A stretch of DNA of 64,000 bases from Microcoleus sp. (GTDB taxonomy: Bacteria > Cyanobacteriota > Cyanobacteriia > Cyanobacteriales > Microcoleaceae), in the NCBI GenBank assembly GCA_052279835.1, contig CP181291.1:2720001-2784000 (forward strand), read 5' to 3'. Below the pieces are notes generated by a model. That model was not told the origin of the DNA and did no database searches. It worked only from the letters and a program-made list of their open reading frames with translations. Position 1 is the first letter of the stretch, and the number at the start of each line of letters is the position of its first letter. Position numbers and translations under genes: made by a program. This document shows positions 47,850-59,000 of this stretch, one piece after another.

Positions 47850-50800
47850 TTATTGAGAAATTAAGGGAAGCCAATTGCCAATTAAAACATAGTTTGCCCA
47901 AGTACGAGCATCTTTATATCCGTCTTCCTCGATCAGGATTTTTTGAGCGGTATGGAGCGCCCTAGCCATTTTCATCCCTGGTTTGCGTAATTCATTGTAG
48001 AAGTGTACCATCAACTTAGTAGTCGCTTCATCATCTGCTTTCCATAAGGTTGACAGAGTGCTCCGAGCACCCGATCGCACCGCCAGTCCCGCCAAACCCA
48101 GAGTGGCTCTATCGTCTCCTTTTGCTGTTTGACAAGCACTGAGTACGAGCAACTCAATAGTATGGCGATCGCCTTCGCTACCAGTTTTGACCAAATTATC
48201 CAAATCTTTACTTCTCAGGAAGCTTCTATAGGCAACAAGAAATGTCTTTTCGGGTTGAGAACTAAACTGACCGTGGGTTTTTATATGAATAATTGAATAG
48301 TTTTCTAAAGCAATAAGTTGGCGAATTTTAGCAATAGTAAATTCTGCATTTAAAAGCCGTTTTTTTACTGGCATAACTTTATCTATACCATTAATCTCTT
48401 CTTTTAAATTTTTAATGGCTTCAAATTCTACATCTTCGATAGGTAGCTGTTTTTCATCGACACCACCTGCGAAAAGTTTGATATCTTTGAATCGAGTATC
48501 TTGCCTTTCTTTAGCATTTGTAAGCTGCAAGCCAGGAGCTAGAACAATATCATATTTTTTTTGAATGAGATGCTGCTTTCCATCATGGAGAATAGTCATT
48601 GGAATCTTCTGCAAAGGTCTGTCTAATACAAAAACTAATGTTTCAACATTCAAGTTTTTATCAATCGATAATTCAATGGGTTTAAAAACCCATTGATACA
48701 ACTGTTTGGCTGTTCTGATTACATCAGGATTTTTCCCCCTTTCTTCCAGATACTCTCCCAACTTTTTTAAAGTATTTCTGATAGTTTCTTCTGAGACAGC
48801 AGTCACATGATACTCTAATTCCGATTGACCTGGTAACTTCAAGATAATTGCCAAACGATTTGGTAAAATAATTGCATGGATAACTGCTGCTGTTGGATCG
48901 TATTTATCGGCGATCGCATCAATCTCTTCTGCCTTATTCACCACGACACAACCATCCCTAAAAAAGTTATCCAACTCAGCCACCTGAAGCGCCTCAATCA
49001 CATTCCTAGCTTGCTTCAAATTGTCTTGATTAGGCTTCTCCTCCTGCAACAACAAATCCACCAATTCCCGATAAACAGGTTCTATTTTATCGCGAAAATC
49101 GAACTGTCCATCCCGACTAATCGGCACAAAATCGTTGCGTAGCGACTGTAACGTATTAAATGCAGCCGTATAAGCCCCGATCGCCCCTTTAACATCCTTC
49201 GCCTCCCCAAGCCAACGAATCCGCCCCAATTGCCACTGCCACTGATAGGCAAGATCCGGCGCATTTAAACTAACATTCTGCGACAACAACAAAGCTTGTT
49301 CCGTACACTGTTGAGCCTCCAGCCACTGCTGATTTTTTTCATACACAGTACCCAAATTGCCCAAAGCATAGGCTGTTGCCCTAAAATCGCCCAAATCCCT
49401 AGCCAATGCGATCGCCTTTGCACCCAATCTGCCAGCTTCTCCCCAAGACACAGACTCAATATTTCCCAGCACACTTTCAGCCACCATTGCAGAATTTGGC
49501 AAACAATAATTGAATATCTTTTCTGCATTTAACTGAGACGAGTTAGAAACAGGATTAGGAGTTTTTAGTTGATTATTGAACTCAACTAAACTATTCATCA
49601 AATTGACTTCCGCATAAACTAGCTTGTGACTTGGTGCTAACTTACTCAATTGAGACCAAATTTGCCACCGCAATTGTTGGATTTCCTTTGCCTTTCCCGT
49701 GAATTCACTTTTACCCTTAACTAAAACACTTAATAAATTCAGTTGTGCCTGGACTTTGACAAAAGAATTATTCGCAGCCACCACCGCCGATTTTCCATAG
49801 GAATCTCTAGCCTTTTGGTAGTAGTCTTCAGACTGCTTCAATTCAGACAAGAATTTGTTTCTATTTCCCAGAGTTTGATAGGTATCACCTAAACTTAGTA
49901 AGACTAAAGCTTGTTCTTGAGGAGATTCTTGTTGAGTCACAACTCGCTCTAATTCTTCCAGCAACTGTTGAGACTCTTTCAAATAACCAAGCTGTCTCCA
50001 CACATCGCCAAGGAGACGCGCCCCGGTAATTTGGAGATTTTTTAAAGTCGGATTTGATGGCGTTTTGAAACTTTTTGGGATTGTTACTAATTTTTGATTA
50101 ATTAACTGCTGACAATCCTGACTGGGAATGACGAAGTTTTCGGGATTGTTTGATTCGACAACTGGGATGATGGCTTGGCAAGCTTGCTGATATAAACCTA
50201 ATTGTTGCAAGGTTTTAACTTGAGCAATTAGGCTACGTTTCCAGGCTAAATTATCCTTTAATTTAACATAAATATTCGTTGCTTGTTTCCCTGTTTCCAA
50301 AGCAAGATTGATTTTTCCTTGTTCCCATTCCCCATTGGATTGAATATCGAGAATTTGACCGATCGCCTTTAATTCCCCTGGCGACTGTACCCTCGACTCC
50401 TCCGGTAACAAACTGCGACTTTTGGCGATCGCACTATTAGCCTCTTTCCAATCCCCCAACTGTTGATAAGTTAAGGAAAGATTACCCAGGGCGATCGCCT
50501 GATTCAACCAATCTCCCCCCACCTCAAAACCCGCAACAGCTTGCCGCCAATACTTCGCAGCCTCTGCAAACTCTCCAGCAGCATAACTGGTTCTAGCTAA
50601 ATTCTCCCAGGTTTGGGGCGATCGCGACTCATTCCCCATCCCTAAATTGCCAGGAATTACTGCAAAATCATCCACCTGTTGCCAACTCACTGGAGAATTT
50701 GACACCCCACTTTTTGCCAAATTCGATATAGATTGAGCCTTGACATTGACAGCAAAAAATGCAACAAATCCAGCTAAAACTATCATAGTAAATAGCCTCA

Positions 50801-51011
50801 GACTGCGGCGAAATCTGGGGAGTATCGCGATTTTGCATAGGCGAAGCATTCCGGCTCTAAATTTATGGCTATCGCTAATAAATTGTCTGCCGGAATGCTT
50901 CGCCCCTACCAATATATTTGCAAAACACAGATGCACCCGAAATCTGTGAAGAACAGGCTTCAAAAAGAGAACCTGGATAGAACCGAAAAATGTAAACCTT
51001 TTTCTTGCCAT
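47850..51011 (-). CDS. exported TPR-CHAT protease
   Basis: hydrophobic N-terminus, TPRs, LQVAELDNFF, HIKTHGQF (His), VLSACQTA (Cys), STLW, WANYVLIGNWL. Confidence 0.93.
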   Translation of the reverse strand: MARKRFTFFGSIQVLFLKPVLHRFRVHLCFANILVGAKHSGRQFISDSHKFRAGMLRLCKIAILPRFRRSLRLFTMIVLAGFVAFFAVNVKAQSISNLAKSGVSNSPVSWQQVDDFAVIPGNLGMGNESRSPQTWENLARTSYAAGEFAEAAKYWRQAVAGFEVGGDWLNQAIALGNLSLTYQQLGDWKEANSAIAKSRSLLPEESRVQSPGELKAIGQILDIQSNGEWEQGKINLALETGKQATNIYVKLKDNLAWKRSLIAQVKTLQQLGLYQQACQAIIPVVESNNPENFVIPSQDCQQLINQKLVTIPKSFKTPSNPTLKNLQITGARLLGDVWRQLGYLKESQQLLEELERVVTQQESPQEQALVLLSLGDTYQTLGNRNKFLSELKQSEDYYQKARDSYGKSAVVAANNSFVKVQAQLNLLSVLVKGKSEFTGKAKEIQQLRWQIWSQLSKLAPSHKLVYAEVNLMNSLVEFNNQLKTPNPVSNSSQLNAEKIFNYCLPNSAMVAESVLGNIESVSWGEAGRLGAKAIALARDLGDFRATAYALGNLGTVYEKNQQWLEAQQCTEQALLLSQNVSLNAPDLAYQWQWQLGRIRWLGEAKDVKGAIGAYTAAFNTLQSLRNDFVPISRDGQFDFRDKIEPVYRELVDLLLQEEKPNQDNLKQARNVIEALQVAELDNFFRDGCVVVNKAEEIDAIADKYDPTAAVIHAIILPNRLAIILKLPGQSELEYHVTAVSEETIRNTLKKLGEYLEERGKNPDVIRTAKQLYQWVFKPIELSIDKNLNVETLVFVLDRPLQKIPMTILHDGKQHLIQKKYDIVLAPGLQLTNAKERQDTRFKDIKLFAGGVDEKQLPIEDVEFEAIKNLKEEINGIDKVMPVKKRLLNAEFTIAKIRQLIALENYSIIHIKTHGQFSSQPEKTFLVAYRSFLRSKDLDNLVKTGSEGDRHTIELLVLSACQTAKGDDRATLGLAGLAVRSGARSTLSTLWKADDEATTKLMVHFYNELRKPGMKMARALHTAQKILIEEDGYKDARTWANYVLIGNWLPLISQ
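50818..50938. mobile_element. family A palindromic element copy 3, inserted in frame in the TPR-CHAT gene
   Basis: 121 bp flanked by GAAATCTG direct repeats (50810-50817, 50939-50946); 129 bp total = 43 codons. Confidence 0.88.
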
Positions 51012-52876
51012 GTTCTCCCCCTCGAATTCACATCAACTAAAGGAATACCCCAGTAAAAATTAGCCGACATAGTATCACCCAATTCCCACCGCAAACCCGT
51101 ACCTACAGACATCAAAAATTGACGCTCAGAATTCTCTATACCCGAACTATTCCAAACCGTGCCAGCATCAACAAAAGGGGCAATTTGTAAAACTCCTAAC
51201 CCTCGATCGGACCTGCCAACAATCGGAAACCTCAACTCCGCCGATGCCGAAATTCCATTATCAGCCAACTGAATATCCTGGCGATAACCTCTGACACTAT
51301 TGCCACCTCCAATCCCAAATTGTTCGAGAGGTAAAAGCGTCCTATTCGCCAATTGTACATCAGTTTTTGCCACCAAAAAAGTGTCTCTCCTGAAGCGGCG
51401 AATCCACTGTCCCTGTCCCCGCCATGCCAAAAATCGGCTATCAGGAGCCTCGCTATTAACAGTAGCATTAAACACTCCCAATCCCAAACTAAATTGAGAG
51501 CGCAAAGCCAACAATTCATCATTGTTCCGCACAGTCCAATCTTGAAAAAACCTGACGGCGGATATTGCCGTGCGCCCTTTGGCATCCGCACCCGCAGAAA
51601 GCGGAAAATCTTCCCCTAAAATGGAAGTGCCACTTTTTCGCCTAGTTGCTGTCACTCCTAGGGCTAATTCTTGTCTGGGATTTCTCAATATAGGTTGACG
51701 GAAAGTTAGGTCAAAATATTGTGCTGCTGCTCTGATATCCACTTTTTCAAAAGGTTTTTCGATGACGCGATTGTCAGTAACACCCGCTGATAAATTAATT
51801 GTGCCATTCTGAGGATTTAAGGGCAAAGTATAGCTGAGGTCAAAGGCATTACTACCATCAGTATTGGTGTAAGCCAGACTCAAACCATCTCCTTTTCCTA
51901 ATAGGTTGGCTTCAGTTAGTTGTAATTGGCGGCGGAAACTGCCGATGCTGGGAACCCGTCGATTATCTAGCAGCAAGGCAGCACTAAAGGTTTTTTCCTC
52001 CTCAAATTTAACTTCTAGGGCACTTCTGTGGAACTGGGAACCCGGTATTAATTCAGCAGAAATGTTTTTAATTAAGGGATCTAGTTGGAGCAATCGCAGG
52101 GCATCTAATAGGCGAGGAACTTGTAAGGGCTGGGAGGCGCGAGCCAAACGGTTGCATATATAATTGAGATTGAGTCGCTGTTTTCCTGTCTTTCTTCTAA
52201 CTCGAATTGATTCTAAGCCACCTTCGACTATTTTAACGATAACTTCCCCAGCAGCGCCTCGGTTTTGTAACCTTTGATTTGGTTCTTCGCTAGTGGTGGG
52301 AATGTAGGCAAAGGAATTTATATATCCTTTATCCTTATAGAGTTTTGTTACTTCCGAAATCAGTTGCTGCAATTGAGCAAAGGTAATTCTGTTAGTATTG
52401 TTATCTAATTTGAGGATTTTCTTAATAATTTCTTGTTCTAGGGTTTTTTGACTGAAAACTGTATTGCCAATGAACCGAAAATTAGTAACAGAGATTGCCT
52501 CAATTACTTCATTAGTTTTGCTATCTTCTTGTGTTTGGGCTGTGGGAGATTGCGGTTCCGGCGATCGCACTGAGAGCGGACATTCATAAACCTCACTCGT
52601 ATCGGAATTAGGTTCAGTTTTCCCTTCTTGTAAGGTAGGAGTTGGTTTAGGCTGGGGTACATTTGGCTCCGAAGGGACTGTTTGGGGTGCCAAAGGTTCT
52701 GAGAAGTTAGGAGTTTGAGCTTCGATCGGTGTTTGTGCTGTGAATTCTCCTGGAAATAGGGGAACGGTTTGTGCTTTCAGTGGCAAAACAGTCCAATTAC
52801 TTACTAACACTCCCACAGCTATTGGTAAGAGCCGATCGCCCATTTTCGGATTTCCTTTATTGACCATAGCAACCAC
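50960..52876 (-). CDS. ShlB/FhaC/HecB two-partner secretion transporter (TpsB)
   Basis: POTRA (FIGNTVFS..LYKDKGYI), SVRGYRQD, beta-barrel ending in F. Confidence 0.93.
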   Translation of the reverse strand: MVAMVNKGNPKMGDRLLPIAVGVLVSNWTVLPLKAQTVPLFPGEFTAQTPIEAQTPNFSEPLAPQTVPSEPNVPQPKPTPTLQEGKTEPNSDTSEVYECPLSVRSPEPQSPTAQTQEDSKTNEVIEAISVTNFRFIGNTVFSQKTLEQEIIKKILKLDNNTNRITFAQLQQLISEVTKLYKDKGYINSFAYIPTTSEEPNQRLQNRGAAGEVIVKIVEGGLESIRVRRKTGKQRLNLNYICNRLARASQPLQVPRLLDALRLLQLDPLIKNISAELIPGSQFHRSALEVKFEEEKTFSAALLLDNRRVPSIGSFRRQLQLTEANLLGKGDGLSLAYTNTDGSNAFDLSYTLPLNPQNGTINLSAGVTDNRVIEKPFEKVDIRAAAQYFDLTFRQPILRNPRQELALGVTATRRKSGTSILGEDFPLSAGADAKGRTAISAVRFFQDWTVRNNDELLALRSQFSLGLGVFNATVNSEAPDSRFLAWRGQGQWIRRFRRDTFLVAKTDVQLANRTLLPLEQFGIGGGNSVRGYRQDIQLADNGISASAELRFPIVGRSDRGLGVLQIAPFVDAGTVWNSSGIENSERQFLMSVGTGLRWELGDTMSANFYWGIPLVDVNSRGRTWQEKGLHFSVLSRFSF

Positions 52877-55637
52877 GGGTAGGTTGAACAGGACTTTGGA
52901 GGGTAACAGTGGCAGGATTAGCAGTAAAAATCACTTCTCCTTTGCTGTTAATTGCCCAACCTTGAGCCGATAGCATGGGTCGGTTAGGGGCTCCGACTTG
53001 TTGGGGTGGAGCAGTTCTAGTTCGTTGTTGTACAGGTGCTACAGCATCGGCTAAACCGACGGCGCTGGAGCCATTATCGGGTGTTTCTCCCGGATTTGCT
53101 GGCAAGCCGCGCCCAATTCTAGTAAAGGTTTTATCGGTTCTTGATTGTCGTTGATTGGGGCAAATTTGGGCGATCGCATCGGGATTGGCGATCGTTTTTG
53201 GTAATTGAACCAAACCTTGAGTGGGGTCAATATCGGGTGTGTTGAGGAGAACTTGGCCGTCGAGTTGCGGGCCTGCTAGGGATGTGGCGGTGATGTCGCT
53301 GGTGAGGTTGGAGGCGGGATCTGTGGCACGGCGCGATCGGGCTCCGAAGATTCCTTCTGGGGCGGTAATTTCCACGCGGCCAGCTTCGCGGTTGACTGCA
53401 TTGGCGGTGATGTCGCTATTGGTGCCAGCGATTAAAGCTCTGGTATTAATCTCGATATTGCCACCTGTGGCATCGCCCGTGGCTGTTACCGTAATATTGC
53501 TGTTGTTACGCATTTGTAAGAAGTTGGAAACTTGGAGATTGATATTACCGGAGTCACCGGATCTAGTTTCTGCGGTAATGGTTCCTCTGTCTAGTCTGAT
53601 GTCACTGGCTGTTACGTCTAAGTTGCCGGCAGAACCCGTACCCCTGCTCCCATCCACAGCCACACTTCCCCCATCCCGTACCCTCAGCAGTCCCGTACTA
53701 ATCGTTACATCCCCTGCGGCTCCGCTGCCCGTTGTCACTGCTGTCAAACGGCTGGGCAAGCGCCCGTCCGCCCTGACTAAGGGAGAAACCTCTGCTGGCA
53801 CGATGCCGGAAGTTCCAGTCACCTCAATAGACTCCGAGGCATTGACTATAAGAGAACCTCCCTTTCCACCTGCAAAAGTATCTGCCGATATCGCCGCTCC
53901 ATCCCGAACCGTTAACTGCCTCGTTGTTACGGTTAGGTTATCTGCATTGCCAGCATCAGAGTCCGTTGCTCTCCCTGTGGACTGCGTGAACAAACCGCTG
54001 GGAGAGCCGTCCATACCGGTGCCAGCGAGTTCGACAGATTCTCTGGCATTTACAGTTAAAGCCCCTCCTTGCCCGCTACCTTGAGTTGTTGCTGATATCT
54101 GACCGCCGTTTTGAGCGATTAAGCGTCCTGTTTCAATATTGATATTGCCACCACGCCCGTTACCCGCAGTCAGAGCAGTAATGCTTGCCCCATCTTGAAT
54201 AATCAACCGCTCGGACGCTTGAACGATTGTATTGCCTGCATTTCCCGTACCCCTAGTGGAAGATGAAATTTCACTTCCATCTCGCAGAGTCAATAGTCTA
54301 GTTGAAATGGTTAACTCTTGTGAATTGCCAGAAGAATCAGGTTCAGCTTGAGTTAGCAAAGCACTAGGAATCAGACCGTTTGCCGATCGCCCAGTCACTT
54401 CTACAGATTCGGAAGCAGTAACAGTTAACTTTCCCCCCGATCCCTCAGAAAGAGTATTTGAGGCTACCTGCGCCCCATCTCGTAAAATTAAGCGACCAGT
54501 GGCGATCGTCAAATCTCCGGCATTTCCTGTGGTTGGTGTAGTTTCGTCTTGGACATCAACTTGAGCAAATAAGCCGCTGGGCAAACTTCCGTCAGCATTA
54601 GTGCCACTCAATTCTATGGAATCTGTCGCTGTGACGGATAAATTGCCACCTCTGCCAGCCCCGTAGGTTGTTGTATCTACATAACCGCCACCGCCGGCAA
54701 TCAACTGTACTGCTTGAATCGAAACCGTACCCCCGTCTTGGCTGCCGAAAGTCTGAGAGATAATTCCTGAGTCCTCCGTCAGCACCACCCGCCGCCCCTG
54801 TACTTGAATAGTGCCACCACCTTCACCGCTAGCATCTACAGCCGCGCCCTGCGACAATTCAATGTCTTGGAAGTTCTGAACCCCTGCATATCCTAGAACA
54901 AAGCCTGAATCATTGAAACTCAGGCTAACTGAACTGTTAGCAGCAACGCTGCCAAGTTCAATCCTTCCCCCCGATGCTGTCAAAATTCCACCGGGAACAA
55001 TTACATCGCCGCCCACTAGCGCTAAAGTTTGACCCGGTAAAACTTCTAAACCTACAGGGTTTTGATTTCCTTCGCCACTATCTTCAAAAGCAGAAACCGC
55101 CACAGATTGATTAACAATTTGACCGGGATTCTGACCAAATTGCAAGCTCGTAGGAATGCTAATAGTTAGCAGAGGAGTTGTTTGGGGATTAGTAGCGCTG
55201 AATGAGGTGCCGTCAGCGAAATTGATGCGATCGGCTGTAGTGCCAAGAAACGAGCCACCGATATTCAGGCTGGCATTCGGCCCAAAAATAATCCCGTTGG
55301 GGTTGAGGAGAAATAGGTTAGCGTTACCGTTGGCTTGGAGGATGCCATCAATGTTAGAAATTGACCCGCCTGTGACGCGAGTGAAGATATTTTGAATGCT
55401 ATCAATGTTGTTGAAAAATGCTGTACCGCCGGTGGGGACGGAAAATTCGCGAAAGCTGTGGAACAGGTTGCGCCCCGCTTCCGTACCGCCTTCAATGGTG
55501 AAGGTGTTGCCATCTGGGCTGACGGTGGAGTTGATCGGTAAAGTGGCATCCGGGACAATTTGGGCAGTTGCCAAAGTGGGAAAGCCACAAACATAAAATA
55601 GAATACAGAATATTTTCGCTTTTGTTTTATGGCTCAC
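52857..55637 (-). CDS. filamentous haemagglutinin-family TpsA
   Basis: AQIVPD, NLFHSF, NPNGIIFG TPS domain; G-N-A-G beta-helix repeats; C-terminal C..FT..GRGLP..AQGW. Confidence 0.94.
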   Translation of the reverse strand: MSHKTKAKIFCILFYVCGFPTLATAQIVPDATLPINSTVSPDGNTFTIEGGTEAGRNLFHSFREFSVPTGGTAFFNNIDSIQNIFTRVTGGSISNIDGILQANGNANLFLLNPNGIIFGPNASLNIGGSFLGTTADRINFADGTSFSATNPQTTPLLTISIPTSLQFGQNPGQIVNQSVAVSAFEDSGEGNQNPVGLEVLPGQTLALVGGDVIVPGGILTASGGRIELGSVAANSSVSLSFNDSGFVLGYAGVQNFQDIELSQGAAVDASGEGGGTIQVQGRRVVLTEDSGIISQTFGSQDGGTVSIQAVQLIAGGGGYVDTTTYGAGRGGNLSVTATDSIELSGTNADGSLPSGLFAQVDVQDETTPTTGNAGDLTIATGRLILRDGAQVASNTLSEGSGGKLTVTASESVEVTGRSANGLIPSALLTQAEPDSSGNSQELTISTRLLTLRDGSEISSSTRGTGNAGNTIVQASERLIIQDGASITALTAGNGRGGNINIETGRLIAQNGGQISATTQGSGQGGALTVNARESVELAGTGMDGSPSGLFTQSTGRATDSDAGNADNLTVTTRQLTVRDGAAISADTFAGGKGGSLIVNASESIEVTGTSGIVPAEVSPLVRADGRLPSRLTAVTTGSGAAGDVTISTGLLRVRDGGSVAVDGSRGTGSAGNLDVTASDIRLDRGTITAETRSGDSGNINLQVSNFLQMRNNSNITVTATGDATGGNIEINTRALIAGTNSDITANAVNREAGRVEITAPEGIFGARSRRATDPASNLTSDITATSLAGPQLDGQVLLNTPDIDPTQGLVQLPKTIANPDAIAQICPNQRQSRTDKTFTRIGRGLPANPGETPDNGSSAVGLADAVAPVQQRTRTAPPQQVGAPNRPMLSAQGWAINSKGEVIFTANPATVTLQSPVQPTRGCYGQ

Positions 55638-55848
55638 GAGGATGCACGATGTAAAAAAGGGCGATCGATGAAAACATTGAGATATTATAGTTCCCTGAGC
55701 GGAGTCGAAGGGAGCGGAGTCGAAGGGAGGGTTTTTTTACAAAAATACTGCACCCAACCTTTAAGACTGGTGAAAAACCCGGTTTCTTTAGTATTTTAAG
55801 CAAGTCCTAATAATCTTACAAGACAATGAGCTGAGGATGTAACCCATT

Positions 55849-56045
55849 GGTGTCAACTTAAGCTGTCATCCCGCCAAGTCAGCCGTCGCCCACCAGTCCC
55901 GCCAGGGAATGAATTCCCTGTCTAATAGCTAAAGTCCTCTTAAGAGGACTAATGAGTTAAAATTCTTCTCTTCAGTCCTATGCAAGAGGACTTTAGCTTT
56001 GAGGCAGGGGTTTCAACCCTTGCCGGACTATTGGTTGTACCTTAA
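55849..56045. repeat. palindrome-rich miniature element
   Basis: GGTGTCAACTTAAG left end and CTTAAG right end; internal hairpins CAGGGAAT/ATTCCCTG, AGTCCTCT/AGAGGACT and GCTAAAGTCCTC/GAGGACTTTAGC. Confidence 0.5.
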
Positions 56046-59000
56046 GTAGCACTTATACTTATACTTCCAATTGCACCTACACCTAAAACTGTAAAGCTGC
56101 CTTCATTAGCAAATGTCGAACCTTTAAAAGAATTATCAATGGCTTGGGCACTCCAGTAATAAGTACCCGGTTTGAGATTTTTAAGCGTCCAATTTGTTTT
56201 TTGATTTACATTACCCATTTGGACTACTTTGCGAGTACCATTGCTATTAGCCATCGGAGACATAATATCTGAACCTCCAGGAGTTGTTCCTACCCGCAAG
56301 TTATAAGTCAAACTTGCTTGCGGTGTTTCAGTATCAGTAGCAGGATTCCAGTTTAGGGTAACAGAATTGCCATTAACTAAAGAAATCAGCCCTATGGGTG
56401 GTGTGGGTGCTGTATTTAAAGTGAAAATGTTGTTTCTGTAAACCTTGCTGCTACCAGATGAAACCCCCAATGGATTACCAACCAAAAGAATATCTAGGTC
56501 GCTATCATTGTCGTAGTCTCCCCAACTTACTGAACTACCAAACACTCCTTGTAAGTTGGTACTAATATCAGTGAAGCTACCACCATCATTTCGGTAGAGT
56601 TTTGAGATCCTGGATGGCGTTGCACCTGTCAAAAGAATATCTAAGTCCCCATCATTATCATAATCGCCCCAATCTACAGAGCTATAAAAAGCTCCCTGCA
56701 AGCCAGCATTAATCTCGGTGAAACTGCCAGCATCGTTACGATAAATCTTAGCAACAGGAGATGAATTATTTGCCATTAAGCCTGTCAAAAGTACATCTAG
56801 ATCGCCGTCATTGTCATAGTCACCCCAAGCTGCGTCACCCGAAGAAACACCTGTTAATGATGCGCCTATATCAGTGAAACTGCCACTATCATTACGATAA
56901 ATCTTAGAGATCTCTGATGAAGACGAACCATCAGAATTACCAGTTATGAGAATATCGAGGTCTCCGTCTTTGTCGTAGTCACCCCAATCTGTTGAACCCT
57001 GCCAAACTCCCTGTAAATTAGCCGCTATATCCGTAAAGCTACCACTATCATTGCGGTAGACTTTCGCAATCTTAACAGAGGAACCAGAAATAATGGTAAC
57101 ACCTGTCAGAAGTATATCGAGATCGCCATCATTATCATAATCTCCCCAATTTGCTGAACTATTCCAAACTCCTGGCAAGTTAGCACTAATATTCGTAAAA
57201 TTACCCCCATCATTCCGATAAACATTCGAGACTGGGTTGGAGGTATTATCCAAACCTGTTAGCAGAATATCAAGATCGCCATCTCTGTCATAATCTCCCC
57301 AATCTACTGAACTATTCTTAACTCCCTGCAAAGCAGCATTAATATCCGTAAAGTTGCCACCATCGTTTCGGTAAACTTTGGCTATAGAATTTGGACCATT
57401 TGTGCCTGTTACAAGAATATCTAGATCGCTATCATTATCATAATCTCCCCAATTTGCTGAACTGTAGTAAGCTCCTGCCAAATTAGCATTAATGTCGGTA
57501 AATAGTTCAGTGGGTGCTGGATTAGCTACGATCGCAATTCCTTGAGAAAACTCCGAAGTGTTATTATTCGGATCGGTAGCCGTAGCGGTAATAAATTGAC
57601 CAATTGGCACAGCTACTGGTAACTTAATCTCAACATTCGCATTACCACTGCCATCTGTCGTCACAGTCTGGAATCCCAGGAACTTCTCTCCTTCTCCATA
57701 ACCGCCACCACCAAAACTACCATTACCAAAACCACCACTGCCAAAACCAGAGTCATCTAAAACCTTGTTAGAGAAAAACTCTACTCTGAATGTAGTATTT
57801 GGAGTGCTATTTATCTTCCCTTTAATACTCGTATTCCCACTGCTAGAGATAGCTGAACTCAACTCAGGGAAATTCTGCAAATTGTTAATGCCTGTATCAG
57901 CATCTCCTAAATCATTCACAGTCAATCCATTATTTCCAAAACCGATACCCAAGAGGTCGTTGCCAGAGATAGAATTAGATAAGATAGCATTGCCAGTGGA
58001 ACCGGAACCGTTAATAAAGACACCATTTTTACCATTACCGAATATCAAGTTGCCCGCCTCAATCGTTGTACCCCCAACTGTGTTATTAATTGCGTCCAAA
58101 ATAGCAACACCATTATTTGTATTGCCCAAATCTTTAGTGCCGGTGATATCGCTGCCGATATAGTTACCTTGAATCAAGTTGTTATTGGCAGTTGCTTCTG
58201 TAATGTAAATGCCAACATTGTCATTACCAGATATGATGTTTCGTGCTTTAACTGTTTTACCACCAATAATATTATTAGGACTCAAGATTGATATACCACT
58301 ATAGAGGTTGCCTAAATCTTGAGTGCCAGTGACATCAGTACCAATGAAGTTTCCTTCAATGATGTTGCCACCATTATCAATCAATCGGATAGCGTCAACA
58401 CCAAAACGATTGATAGTTAATCCTCTGACTGTACTGTTGCCAGCAGAGATATATAAACCATCCACTATGCCTGCATTACTGCCATCTAATTCAATCACTG
58501 GACGATTTGAAAATCCAGGCTGAGTAGTGCCATCAATAATCGCTGAATCGGTAATCTGTGGCAGTGGTGATAGTGGTCGAATGGTAAAAGCATTGTTGCT
58601 GGTATTGTAGCCCGGATCTGTACTCGGAATCTTGAAGATAACTGTATCCTTCCCAGGATTGCTATTAGCCCAATTTAAAACAGCCCGCAAACTACCAGGC
58701 CCGCTGTCTTTGGTATTGGTAACAACATTGGGAGACTCATCTAGTTCCAATCCGTAAAGATTCAGCTTCCAAGTATTCCACTCTCCTTTTAATTGGTTGC
58801 CATTGTTATCGCTAACTTGCAACTTCCATTCACCCTTTGATAACTCACCCCAGTGTCGGTTCGAGATAAACTTCCACTCTTTTGAATCTGGCACAATCTT
58901 ATCGCTGTTGTTGAAATTTTGGATGTCCGGTATGGTATTTGCTAACACTGATTCAGTGCCATCTGGTGCAATTAGTTTTACTGTGAAATCACCCCAGTCT

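Noticed and set aside
53221..54084. 287-aa plus-strand ORF
   Set aside because: Antisense shadow of the repetitive tpsA gene
52857..55637. CDI toxin (CdiA)
   Set aside because: Too short, with no VENN or toxin tip and no immunity gene; followed directly by tpsB
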